The notes: a model not told the origin generated them from the sequence alone. A stretch of 64,000 nt of DNA from Octopus sinensis (GCF_006345805.1 NC_043014.1:33046001-33110000), one strand, 5' to 3'. Positions 24,102 through 37,424 are shown, counted from the stretch's first letter. Made by a program: numbers and translations.

Positions 24102-25582
24102 CTATCTTCTTAAGACAGGTTTAATAATAATCATTATGCGAAATGTATCATGATTCTGCCCCGTCATGTATTTGGAATCTGAGCCATTAAGGTCCATATA
24201 TGGTAAAATATAGTCAATGTTGTGGACTAAACAATGTTCATCAAAGAAACAAATTTTGGAAGTTGTCTTCTTTATGTATTCAACCCCATCTTTCATTCCT
24301 GCAGTAAGGACTGTAATGTGGACGTGACGCTCTATTTTGGACATTGCTTTTACAGAAAGACGCACAGTTTTATAAGCACAAGATTCAATTTCAAAGTTCT
24401 GCTGCAACCCAATCATCATACAGCTGCCAAATAGTACACCTTTTGGATAAAGATCAACATGCCAGTCAAAGCAGCAGTTTTCATCAGCATCTGAACTGCT
24501 GATTGGTGTAGAAAAGAAAGCAGCACGGACATCATATTCTCCCAAGTCATGATAATTCTCAATCATGAGTTCAGTGCTCCAAATATCACTGGTGTAGTTA
24601 CGAGCTTCATATTGCAGACTTTCACCACTGACACTGTCAAGGATAAATCGATCATTTCCTTTTGCAGAATGGAATTTTATGGCATGGTTTATTTTCTCAT
24701 CAATGACAGCTTTGAATCTTTGAATGAATCTGTCCTGCTTCATTGCTAGAAGCTGTGAAAGGCGAATGAGTGGAAAACGAATGTAGGGTATAGTTTGAAG
24801 CACCAATTGTTTTACAGATTCCTCGTTATGGCCAGTTTTTTCTGACTGTAAGAGGATCCATTTCTTAAGTCCAAGAAACAGCGTATGTTCATCATGGATG
24901 ATCAGGTCAGAACTCTTCAGAAATGTCACAAGAAAATCTACAGACATTGCTGAAAAATCTGGAGCTGAAATAATTTTTTGAAAATTCATAGAAATAAACT
25001 GCAAACAAGATTTTTCAACTTCTTTGTGGCCACACATGACTGAATACTGGAGCCAAGATACAGCAGAAGTTGAAGATCCGGTCATCATACAGTGATTGCA
25101 CATGAAGTCTACACAGACTTCAGTTAAGTCCGTAATACCATATTTGTCTGCCAAGGTAAGAACTGGTAATACTGACTCATGAGTTAAATGGATGGTACCT
25201 GTATAAATATATTTCATGAAGTCCTGAAACACTTGGATGCATTCTGGCTCTTCTTTGAGAACAATACGGTCTTTGTAGGATTCTGGCCATTGAGGATTGG
25301 TCAGCATAGTCTTGAAAACATCACTACACATGCTGAGAATGAGTTTGTGTACAAGGAAGACTTTCTTGCCAACCACCAGTTGTACATCACTGAGTTCAGG
25401 GTCAGAATACAAAGAGAACAAACGATGCAGCATGATGCGGAAGTTGTCCACATGTTGACCAGTGTCCAATCCAAACCAAGTTTTCTTGGTAGGTGGAGCC
25501 CCTTCAATATAGTCTTTGCAACAAGCACAGCACTCCTTGACACACTGACCAAGTACATGAGATCTTTTCCAATCAGCCAATG
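24102..25582 (-). CDS. BTBD17: BTB/POZ-BACK domain protein, BTBD17-like; large terminal coding exon
   Basis: 492-codon open frame: BTB (LSDVQLVVGKKVFLVHKLILSMCSDVFKTML), BACK, then RNY...W, WHVDLYP and C-terminal IIKPV as recalled for BTBD17; acceptor TTTTTTTCTCTTTGCAG ends at 25583, and the 'M' in the ORF track is a TTG. Confidence 0.9.
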
Positions 25583-26061
25583 CTGCAAAGAGAAAAAAAT
25601 ATTTGCATAATTTGTAAAGAAAAAATATACATCAACTGAAAATATTAAGTATATCAGCGTGTGAAGTACTATAGGCATAAGACTGAAGCAAAGATTATAT
25701 ATAACAGATCTAAGGGTCCACATTCAACTAATCAGATCAACAAACTCTGAAGGGACAGGTGTACTTCAACAAGTTACAGGTGAACAACAACCACAACCAA
25801 CAGTCCACAACAACTACAAAAACAACTACAGCTACCACATATAACAATAACTAGACATACCAAATGCAAAAACAATTACAGGGAACACATACAATAAGAA
25901 GAGCTTAAATGGTCATCTAACCTGCTACAAATAGCTACCACATGTTTCTAAAACCAACCCCAATCTTGCTATCTTTAAAAATGAAAGAAGCATTGAAAAA
26001 TGAAGTCCTGGATACACTGTTTGAAAAGAAGAAAACAAAACACCATTGGATGGTGGCTTAC

Positions 26062-26095
26062 CTGGCCGAAACTTTGAAATCATAGTCAACAACAT
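26062..26095 (-). CDS. BTBD17: Probable upstream coding exon of the BTBD17-like gene ([11 protein letters not shown])
   Basis: ATG 26095, CCAG|GTAAGC donor at 26061, phase 1 matches the acceptor at 25583 (G|CA = Ala), 479-nt intron. Confidence 0.65.
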
Positions 26096-26109
26096 TCTTG
26101 TATAAGAAT

Positions 26110-26151
<42 letters not shown>

Positions 26152-26309
26152 TATACACACATACACACACACACACACACACACCACATATATATATATA
26201 GATAGATAGATAGATAGATATATACATATATATACACACACACATATATATGCATACATATATATATATACACACATATATATACACATATATATACATA
26301 TATATACAC

Positions 26310-26356
<47 letters not shown>

Positions 26357-26404
26357 CATACATATATATACACATATATATATATATAGAAACATATATA
26401 CATA

Positions 26405-26827
26405 TATTATTTACATTTGACGGTTATTTGTCCTCATCTTGTTTGTTGTTAATACAACATTTCAACTGATACATGATCAGCTATATCCAATTTATCAATA
26501 TCTCCTCATGTCACAGCTTTGTGATGTTCCTCTACCCTTATTTTGAGGGGGCGGCATGTTTCGCCTTCGTATAACCTACCACAGCTGCATGGGGTGAAGG
26601 ACACGCAGTCTTTGGTCATATTCTATTCTATTGGTGGCTGTACTTGAAGGAGATATTTGCAAAGTGTTGTATTACACTTGAATGTATGGAAAAATGGAGA
26701 CCACCTCCTCCTGTGGGATAAAGTTAAAATAATAGACAGAAAACACCACTGGAAAATAGGAAAACTAAAAGAAGGAGCACATATGCTAGGACATAATAAC
26801 CTCCTAATCAGATCTAGTGCAGATATA

Positions 26828-26858
<31 letters not shown>

Positions 26859-27032
26859 GCAGCAGCAACGTCATTGTCGTCGAAAAATGAGAACACAAGT
26901 TCAGAATTTTCCCAGGACACCTGAAGAAGGCTGGAGAGTATACCAGCCAAAACTTTGTGTTAACAACAAACAAGATGAAGATAAATACTCATCAAATGTA
27001 AATAACGTACATAATTCCTCATTTCTCATATA
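26405..27032. mobile_element. Penelope-like element (GIY-YIG) 3' fragment with internal inversion, copy 1
   Basis: Minus 26668-26480: KYLLQVQPPIE*NMTKDCVSFTPCSCGRLYEGETCRPLKIRVEEHHKAV; plus 26680-26810: VWKNGDHLLLWDKVKIIDRKHHWKIGKLKEGAHML; terminal-repeat tails in inverted orientation at both ends. Confidence 0.88.
26916..26961 (+). ncRNA. Mutated minimal type-I hammerhead ribozyme motif in the Penelope tail
   Basis: GACAC-CTGAAGA-A-GGCTGG(loop)CCAGCC-AAAAC-TTT-GTGTT; helices I and II intact, GAAAC and the GUU site mutated. Confidence 0.7.
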
Positions 27033-27063
27033 TATAGACATTATATATATATATATATACACA

Positions 27064-27145
<82 letters not shown>

Positions 27146-27309
27146 TATATATACACATATATATTATATATACATATATATTATATACACATATATATAT
27201 AACACATATATATATATACACATATATAATATACACATATATATATATACACATATACATATATATACATATATATATATATTATATATATACATATATA
27301 TACACACAT

Positions 27310-27342
<33 letters not shown>

Positions 27343-27546
27343 GATAGATAGATAGATAGATATATACATATATATACACACACACATATATGCATACATA
27401 TATATATATACACATATATATATATACACATATATATACATATATATACACATATATATACATACATATATATATACATATATATACATACATATATACA
27501 TACATATATATACACATATATATATATATAGAAACATATATACATA

Positions 27547-27971
27547 TATTATTTACATTTGACGGTTATTTGTCCTCATCTTGTTTGTTGTTAATACAAC
27601 ATTTCAACTGATACATGATCAGCTATATCCAATTTATCAATATCTCCTCATGTCACAGCTTTGTGATGTTCCTCTACCCTTATTTTGAGGGGGCGGCATG
27701 TTTCGCCTTCGTATAACCTACCACAGCTGCATGGGGTGAAGGACACGCAGTCTTTGGTTATATTCTATTCTATTGGTGGCTGTACTTGAAGGAGATATTT
27801 GCAAAGTGTTGTATTACACTTGAATGTATGGAAAAATGGAGACCACCTCCTCCTGTGGGATAAAGTTAAAATAATAGACAGAAAACACCACTGGAAAATA
27901 GGAAAACTAAAAGAAGGAGCACATATGCTAGGACATAATAACCTCCTAATCAGATCTAGTGCAGATATAAG

Positions 27972-28003
<32 letters not shown>

Positions 28004-28177
28004 GCAGCAGCAACGTTGTTGTCGTCGAAAAATGAGAACACAAGTTCAGAATTTTCCCAGGACACCTGAAGAAGGCTGGAGAGTATACCAGCCAAAACAT
28101 TGTGTTAACAACAAACAAGATGAAGATAAATACTCATCAAATGTAAATAACGTACATAATTCCTCATTTCTCATATA
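27547..28177. mobile_element. Penelope-like fragment, tandem copy 2 (period about 1142-1145 bp)
   Basis: Near-identical to 26405-27032 with a handful of substitutions and one extra CAG; hammerhead-like motif at 28061-28106. Confidence 0.88.
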
Positions 28178-28179
28178 TA

Positions 28180-28208
28180 TAGACATTATATATATATATA
28201 CATATATA

Positions 28209-28241
<33 letters not shown>

Positions 28242-29300
28242 ATAATATATATATATATATAATATACATATATATATATATATATACTATATATATATAT
28301 ATACATATATACATATATATATATATTACATATATATATACACATATATATATATATACATATACACATATATATATATATACATATATATATACACACA
28401 TATATATATATACATATACACACATATATATATATACATATATATATACACACATATATATATACATATACACATATATATATATATATACATATACACA
28501 TATATATATATATACATATACACATATATATATATATACATATACACATATATATATATATACATATACACATATATATATATATACATATACACATATA
28601 TATATATACATATACACATATATATATATACATATACACATATATATACATATACTTACATACATATATATATATATACATATACACATATATATATATA
28701 TACATATACACACATATATATATACATATACACATATATATACATATACTTACATACATATATATATATACATATACACATATATATATATATATATAAT
28801 ATATATATATACATATATACATATACATACATATATACATATATACACATATATATATATATCCATACATATACATATATACATATACACATATATACAT
28901 ACATATACATACACATATATACACACATATACATATATATTATATATATATATATAGAAACATACACATACATATATACATATATACACATATATATATA
29001 TATCCATACATATACATATATACATATACACAATAATATATACACACATACACATATATACATACATATACATATATACACACATATACATATATATTAT
29101 ATATATATATATAGAACATACACATATATACACACATATACATATACACACACACATATATATACATATATATATACACACACACATACATATATATATA
29201 CACACACACACATATATGTACATACACACACACATATATGTACATACACACACACATATATGTACATACACACACACACATACATATATATATATGTATG
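28180..29300. repeat. About 1.1-kb compound (TA)n/(CA)n microsatellite
   Basis: TATATATACATATACACA-type units; source of the spurious Y/I/C/M ORFs. Confidence 0.95.
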
Positions 29301-29570
29301 TGATAATTTTATATGGTGCTATTTATGCTATCAACATACAAGTCACACACACAAGCACCAAAACAACACCAAAAAACACAAAACAACTCTTTAGCAACAT
29401 TACATGACTAGTACTTTCCATATTAATCTCCAAAAAGATGAAAAGAAAAGAAGACCCAGAGAAATAACAGCAAAACGTTCTTTATAAGGCATGACACCTT
29501 AAACTAGTTATAACATATTTATGATACACACATCAGCTTAGATATACTATGTAGCTGTATGGGTTATACG

Positions 29571-29950
29571 TGGAGGCGCAATGGCCCAGTGGTTAGGGCA
29601 GCGGACTCGCGGTCATAGGATCGCGGTTTTGATTCCCAGACGGGGCGTTGTGAGTGTTTATTGAGCGAAAACACCTAAAAGCTCCACAAGGCTCCAGCAG
29701 GGGATGGTGGCGATCCCTGCTGTACTCTTTCACCACAACTTTCTCTCACTCTTACTTCCTGTTTCTGTTGTACCTGTATTTCAAGGGGCCGGCCTTGTCA
29801 CTCTCTGTGTCACGCTGAATATCCCCGAGAACTACATTAAGGGTGCACGTGTCTGTGGAGTGCTCAGCTACTTACATGTTAATTTCATGAGCAGGCTGTT
29901 CCGTTGATTCAGATCAACTGGAACCCTCATCGTCGTAAACGACGGAGTGC
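29571..29950 (+). mobile_element. Young-looking tRNA-derived SINE family D
   Basis: TGGCCCAGTGG A-box, GGTTTTGATTCCC B-box-like, CpGs retained. Confidence 0.85.
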
Positions 29951-32129
29951 TTCCACATGGGTTATACATGATGGGCTTTGAGAAGAAAAAATTTCTAAAC
30001 AATGTCATCTTATAAAAAGCTTAGGTATAAGCAGTTACAACACTAAAATTTCATGTCATAAAACCTTATCATAATTCATATGTTTCCTGTCAGTATTCAT
30101 TCAAATAATAACTCAAGTGAACTATTCATAAAATGTTAATTTCTTTTATATCCATACAGTTGTTTTCTTGTCCAAAGCATGTTCATAAATATCCGTGTGT
30201 GTCTGATACATCCATGTGTGTTTTAGCCCTTGTTTCTTTTCATAAGTCCCAAGTTAATCTGGTGGTTGATAAAAAAATTGGAAATGTCTATCATATATGA
30301 TGCATGGATTCTAGGGAAATATATCCTGTGTATCATGTGACACACAGGCAGAGATTTAAGCATCATTCTAACATCATTTCAAAAACTAATTATATGCAAA
30401 TCCCACATTTTAATAACTGCTTTCCTTTATCTTCCACATTTGGATTCTCCTCCATCATTTCAAATCTATTCTGTTTTTTCAAGCCCAGTGAAATTTATTA
30501 TTGTGATAATGCAAGCAAAATCTTTAATTTCAGTAATTCCAAGCAAATTTTAACTTCAACAATACAAGGGAAATGACTCTAAAACACCATTAAAATGACT
30601 TTTATTTGCCTTTTTTAACCCTTTAACAATGGTTTAAACCAACCAGATCTGGCCTCTTCACACCTTGAAGATTTAACTCATTCTTATTCTGAAAAAAAAA
30701 TCTTTTCTTCCCACCCAAACATAGTACTGCATTGCAAATGTGAAATAACCAAGTAATCCCAAACTCATATGAACTTAGGCAATAAGCAGATGAATTTTGA
30801 CAAACTATTACTTTTAATAAGTTTACTAAATGAATATGTATGTTGGTAGAATCAATACTTAAAGATCAGTCCAGTTGTTATGTCAGACTCTTTTGGTTCT
30901 TTGTTATTTGTTTCTACTTTAGCCTTTTTCATTGCTGTTTTTGCCAAACAATTACCATTAAGTAGGAAATTTTCATGATTTCAACAGTAACAGCTTTGTT
31001 ATATAATATATACTTTGTTACAATTCAGCTGCTTTGCATTGTAAGCTCTGATATAACATTTAAAATTTTTATAAGCTGCATAGCTAATTTTAACACAATC
31101 TCTTGTGGGAAATGATAAAATATTAAATTAAGGAATTCCCTCACATTTTACATAAGTAGGACTGGTTAGAAATGGTGTCAGAGAGAAGTAAATATGATGG
31201 TGACATATTGCCAGAAAATATCCTTGAGGCAACATGTCCAAGAAGATGAAGAGAAAAGAGCACAAAAGCAAAATAATTAAGAAGGATGGGCAAGGTCACC
31301 AAGGTCTAGGGGTAGAGTGAGAGATGAATATAAAAACAGAGTGGAGGTTCTCAGATGTATAAAAATAAATGTAATGACTGGTGAACAGGAGTGGAGGTAG
31401 TCAGTGGGAAATATTAGTCAAGAAATGATAAGAATGATGCTTGGATGTCACTTGGGAGTAGCTCAGAGAGTGACTGGCAATACAAAAATGGTGATATGAT
31501 ATAGTAAGCAGTAACAGGTTTTGAGTTCATTTCTTAGAGCAACAGAATAATGAAGTAGATAGGAGGGTGATGAAGGGATAAGCAATAGGGTGGAGTTAAA
31601 GGTTGGAAGAATGTGAACAAAAGTGAGAGATGGATAAAACAAAAGCAGAGAGTAGTTGATAGATTAAAATGAGGGTGGTTGTCAATATCAAATGACTTGA
31701 TGGAGGAACCCAGATCTCTGGGTAATGAGGAGGGGAAATAAGAAGCAGCTGCTAACTTGGCAGGTAGATTTGTTGATGACCCTAGTTGTATACATATAGT
31801 GTGCAATACAAATGTGCAGATTATATAATATATGCTGTATATGTACACACACACACGCTACAATCATCATCATCATCTACAATTACTTTAGCAAAGTGTT
31901 CTTGGGAATAATGCACATCCCAAGTTGTAAAGCTTAGAGATCTGGAAAACAGATGGTATTTATTACACACAAATAAATAGCATAATGTACAAACGTATTC
32001 AGAAGTTGCTAAAATCTATAAAACACCTGTTGTAATTTATGCTTATTTTTCCAGCACTTTTCCTCAAGTTAGTTGACAGCCCTATGAAGAATGTTCGCAG
32101 TAAAACATATTTCACTCCAATTCACACAC

Positions 32130-33060
32130 ACACACACACAGCGCACGCGCGATATTGGCTGAATAAATTGTGGAGTTAATGCGTTCGCTCAGAGTAGACG
32201 ATTTACTTCGTCGCTACAGAAACGTTAGCGCCGGGCGAAATGCTTAGCGGTATTTCGTCTGCGTAACGTTGTGAGCTCAAATTCCGCCGAGGTCGACTTT
32301 GCCTTTCATCCTTTCGGGGTCGATAAATTAAGTACCAGTTACGCACTGGGGTCGATGTAATCGACTTAATACCTATGTCTGTCCTTGTTTGTACCCTCTG
32401 TGTTTAGCCCCCTGTGGGTAATAAAGAAATAGGTATTTCGTCTGTCGTTACGTTCTGAGTTCAAATTCCGCCGAGGTCGACTTTGCCTTTCGGGGTCGAT
32501 AAATTAAGTACCAGTTACGCACTGGGGTCGATGTAATCGACTTAATACCTATGTCTGTCCTTGTTTGTACACTCTGTGTTTAGCCCCTTGTGGGTAATAA
32601 AGAAATAGCTACTCTTTCTGTAATGGAAATGATCAGCTTCGACGAAAATTAGATACACTTATATCCATGCACACATATTACGACGTAATAAAACACGAGG
32701 AAAAAAATATAACTCGTTGAGAGTTATCTCCTCCTGAAAAAAGAAGCAGCTGGCAAGAAGAGAGAAAGAAAGAGGGAGATTATGATTATATCAGCAAGCG
32801 ACTTAGTAGATATAATTAACATGCATTTATCTGACGGGAAGAGAAAGCAGTGAAAACCAGATTGAAATGGTAGAAAATGGAATTATGTGTGCGTTCGCGT
32901 TAACGGTGTGAGTGTTAGTGGAGGAAGGAGGCGAATTTGTTCACGTGTCTTTTAACTGTTGTAGAGCAAGCGGGGTGTGGGGGGGGGTCGCAAAACAGAC
33001 ACGCTGCAAACTTTGACTAGCACTTATGTAGAGACACATATTTACTCACTTACGCACTGA
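32130..33060. promoter_or_regulatory. CpG-retaining region, candidate promoter
   Basis: GCGCACGCGCG, ATTGGC (CCAAT on -), CACGTG and a G-run; CpG-rich by eye relative to flanks. Confidence 0.4.
32220..32607 (+). mobile_element. SINE family B tandem dimer, CpG-intact
   Basis: Same two-unit structure and TAAAGAAATAGGTATTTC junction as 2466-2856. Confidence 0.9.
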
Positions 33061-33278
33061 CTATAGGCATAAAAAAAACGGTGTGTTTACGTGTATATAC
33101 ATACATCTGTGTGTGTGTATACATATATGTACAGAGACACACACATATCTGTCTAGATAGATAGATAGATAGATAGATATAAACAGAGAGAAAGATAGAT
33201 AGATAGATAGATAGGTAGATAGATAGATAGATAGATAGATAGATATAGATAGATAGATAGATAGATAGATAGATTCTT

Positions 33279-33616
33279 TTACTTGTTTCAGTCATTTGAC
33301 TGCGACCATGCTGGAGCACAGTCTTAAGAGGTTATAGTCAAAGAAGAAATCGCCCCCAGCGATTTGTAAGCCTATTGCTTATTCTATCGGTTTCTTTCAC
33401 TGAACCACTACGGGAACATAGACACACCAGCACCGGATGTCAAGCGATGGCGAGGACGGACACACACACACATATATGTCGGACTTCTTTCAGTCACTAT
33501 CTATCAAATCCACTCACAAGGTTTTGGTCGGCCCCAGGCTGTAGAGTACCACGCAGTGGGACCCAATCCGAAACCATGTAGTTGAGAAGCTAACCTCTTT
33601 CTACACAGTCACGCAC

Positions 33617-33620
<4 letters not shown>
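33279..33620 (-). mobile_element. SINE family A (diverged)
   Basis: Homology to family A; preceded by (TAGA)n at 33150-33275. Confidence 0.8.
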
Positions 33621-33685
<65 letters not shown>

Positions 33686-33689
33686 CATT

Positions 33690-34018
33690 GGAAATTGCAG
33701 CTGTGATACCAGTGCCGGTGGTACATCCGAACGTGGCCGTTGCCAGCGCCGCCCCGACTGGCCTCATGCCGGTGGCACATAAAAAGCACCATCCGATCGT
33801 GGCCGTTTGCCAGCCTCGTCTGGCACCTGTGCCAGTGGCACATAAAAAGCACCCACTACACTCATGGAGTGGTTGGCGTTAGGAAGGGCATCCAGCCGTA
33901 GAAACATTGCCAGATCAGATTGGGTCTGGTGCAGCCTTCTGGCTTCCCAGACCCCAGTTGAACCGTCCAACCCATGCTAGCATAGAAAGCGGACGTTAAA
34001 CGATGATGATGATGATGA
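33690..34018 (+). mobile_element. Family E RTE-tail repeat with internal tandem units and (GAT)n tail
   Basis: Homologous to 843-1130. Confidence 0.88.
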
Positions 34019-35169
34019 TATATATATATGTATATCCACAGAGTGATTTTGTGGTAAGATGTTTGCTCCCCAACCACGTAGTTCCATGTTCAGACCACTG
34101 CAAGTCACTTTGGTCCAACGTCTACTATTGTAGCCTTTGGTAGACAGAAACTGAGAGAAGCCTATCATTCATATATATTGTTTAATTGTTCCAATCATTA
34201 GATTACGGCCATGCTGGAGCACTACCTTGAAGAATCTTAAGCTAAATGAATCAACCAAAGAACTTTGTTTTTAACCCTGGTACTTATTCTATCAGATGCT
34301 TATGTTGAGCTGCTAACTTAAGGGGACGTAAACATATGCACACTGGTTGTCAAGCGGTTGTGGTGATACAAACATACATACATACACACACAGATATATA
34401 CATACATAAATGTATATATATATATACATATATGTATATATATATACTTGTATGTATATGTATATGTATATATATATACATAAAACTGGTACATATTTTA
34501 TCGACCTCAAAATGATGAAAGGCAAAGTGGACCTTGGCAGAATTTGAACTCAGAACGTGAAGACAGATGAAATACTGCTAAGCACTTTGCCTGACATACT
34601 AACATAACATAACAATTCTGCCAACTCACCACCATAGAGGCATTACTAATATTCCAACACAAGAATACAGTTAACATTCAACACAATTCACAACTGCAAA
34701 ACAGATAATGTAAAACCCTTATATTCTAACAGTCAAGTTCTAGAGGCAAAATTCTATATTAATATATAATGTTAGACATTAGGAAGGGCATCTAGCCATA
34801 GAAACCATGCCACACAGACAGTTGGAGTTTGGACAGCCTCCTGCTAGCCAGTTCCATGTCAAATCATCCAGCCCATGCCAGCATTGAAAGCGGACATTAA
34901 ACAATGATGATGATAATGATGATAATGAACATCTACTATAAACAGATTGTTACAGAAACCAAAACCACTTCACGACATAAAGATGAGGCTGAGATAACCT
35001 GGAAATGATAAAGATAATTTTGGGGAATATTGTTTCATGCAATGAGATTATCAAACCCCTCCCCACCCACATGAACACACACACACACATACAGTCACAG
35101 ACATACACCTATACACATACATAGAAATATTATCATTATTATTATTTAGATAAATGTACATGAGTCATC

Positions 35170-35221
35170 TTTATGATATATATATATATACATACATACA
35201 TATATATATATACACACACAC

Positions 35222-35252
<31 letters not shown>

Positions 35253-35495
35253 CATATACACACATATACACACATATACATATATACATATATATATACA
35301 CACATATACATATATACATATATATAGATATATACATATATACACACACATATATATATATATAGATATATACATATATACACACACATATATATATACA
35401 CACATATACATATATATATATATATACACACATATACATATATATAGATATATACATATATACACACACATATATATACACACACACACACACAC
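35170..35495. repeat. Compound (TA/CA)n microsatellite
   Basis: Seen directly. Confidence 0.95.
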
Positions 35496-35939
35496 AAAGT
35501 TTCAAGGAGAGGTTATATACCCGCAGCCATTGGGTCCGAGGAATTGTTTATAAAGCTAAGTGTTTTATGGGTGCAAAACCATTAGTCACTCTATGTGTGG
35601 AGATATATTTAACTGCATGTAAATATATATATATATATATACACACACACTTATATACACACATACATTTATGTATACACAGTCATCTTTTTAATATACA
35701 TATGCATACATATATCAACACATATTTTTTCATTAACATTTAGCAAAAGCAGCAGAGAGACTCAATGGCTGAGAGTTTCATGTACTACATATCTATATAC
35801 ACATGATGGCTACCCCCTCATTATTGAGTATGGCCACTGCACGGAGCTTAATTGTTATTGGTGCTCTGATCAAATGTGACTTTTTAGCCCAGCTAAAGAT
35901 CTGCAATGTCTTGTACAGAATTGGCAGCTAAAACCTTTG

Positions 35940-36300
35940 CATGTCGTTTAAGTCCTCCTGCCGAATTACACTCTCTTCCTCATGCCCGACAGATATGATT
36001 AGTATGGTGCGTTACACCACCACCAGTGGCCAGGTTGTCACTCATCTGTCTCGCTTTATGACTACGAAGATGACTCTTGAGTCCAGCTTTACTGAGGCAG
36101 GGTCTTGCACAGACACTGCATGTCAGCATCATAGGAAGATCCTTCCCATCTGGAAGTGTAACAGTGATGCCCTTCCTGACAATCCTCCTTACTGTCTCAT
36201 GCACAACTCGAGATTTCTCAAAAGTAGCTGTCCCCTCGTGCACAATCCTTCTCCACCTGCTACGATCAATAGCTATGCCCTCCCATGTGTCAGGAGAGAT
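35940..36300 (-). mobile_element. RTE LINE C-terminal remnant with C2H2-like finger
   Basis: PDTWEGIAIDRSRWRRIVHEGTATFEKSR...RIVRKG...CSVCARPCLSKAGLKSHLRSH. Confidence 0.82.
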
Positions 36301-36579
36301 GCAAACATCTCTTAAGGAGATATATAGATATATATATGTGTATATAGATTTTACATCCTTGAGTTCCCTATGTGTTGCATAGGGAACTCAAGGATGTAAA
36401 ATCTATATACACATACATGCATAAATACACACACAAACATATATATATATATATGTATGATGGCTGTCTGCTCAATACAAAGCTTGACCACCTCAGTTTA
36501 CACAATGTTCAGTTCTGGCATGAGATCTTATATAGCTTTTTAGGCCATTCACACTTTTAAAAAGACATCCACATAAATT

Positions 36580-36810
36580 GCAATCTAGTTTTGGTGCAGC
36601 TTGAACTGCTTATGATGTCTGATCTTGATGAACCTCCGAGAGATTTACAGATTTTGTGGCATATGTGACATTGATAAGGGTAAACTGATAGGTATGTTTT
36701 ATAATCAGTAGGAAGTGCTCTATTATGTGGTTTCATGTGAGATTTAGATCTAACCTTAGACAGCCAGATTTTGCCACAAAATGTAAAAGCAGAAAAAGCT
36801 TCACCATATG
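36580..36810 (-). mobile_element. Second decayed LINE C-terminus with two C2H2-like motifs
   Basis: FCGKIWLSKVRSKSHMKPH and YQCHICHKICKSLGG. Confidence 0.55.
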
Positions 36811-37424
36811 TGTGTGTGTATACATACACATATATATGCCTGTGTGGGGGGAGAGGAAGTACATAAACATACATACACAGACATATGTATACACACACAC
36901 ACACACAATATGGAACTGGAACTGAAGCACATACTAAACTATAAATAATAGCACTTAAATACTGAGTTGAAAAACCCTTTCAGATAGTAAATGTTGAAGG
37001 TGCCCGCTTTTTCTATCCAACAAGCAGCTTCAACCCAACCAGTATTTACATGCTATCATTTAAAGCTTTATATATATATACATGCGTATATGGGTACAGG
37101 ACGTCACCAATGGTGCAAATAACATGAAATGCATAAACAAACGACGGAAAAATGAATGCAATACATAAACGAGAAAGAAATGGAAAACAGAACAAGTAAA
37201 CACAGAGAAAGGACCCTTCATCAGTTGTTGGCTGTCTATCTACTCCTCATTTTGAGTCTTCAAAGATAGTTGCTCCCATAAATTCTAAAATAAAATTTAT
37301 GATTTATGGAATATCGAAATTGGGAAAAAGAAAAAGATAGGGGAGACATACAAGGAAACCAAATGAAAACAAACATGGAGGGTCGTTAGACCCAAACGAG
37401 AAGAAAATAATATATATATATATA

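Noticed and set aside
24234-25723. Overlapping ORFs 24234+, 24549+, 25188+ and 25301-
   Set aside because: Shadow or alternative frames of the BTB exon with no domain features
25925-29407. Many 60-292-aa ORFs rich in Y/I/C/M/V or H/T/Y/I (also at 35142-35553, 44226-46095, 54209-54683)
   Set aside because: Translations of (TA)n/(CA)n/(CT)n/(TATG)n microsatellites, which lack stop codons in some frames
30290-30576. Minus-strand MMEENPNVEDKGKQLLKCGICI*, resembling the start of a C2H2 finger
   Set aside because: Stop immediately after CxxC and no in-frame His pair; insufficient support for an exon or pseudogene
37085-37270. Minus-strand CTGATGAAGG in a Penelope-tail-like repeat
   Set aside because: No GAAA/helix II/helix III arrangement could be built, so not called a hammerhead
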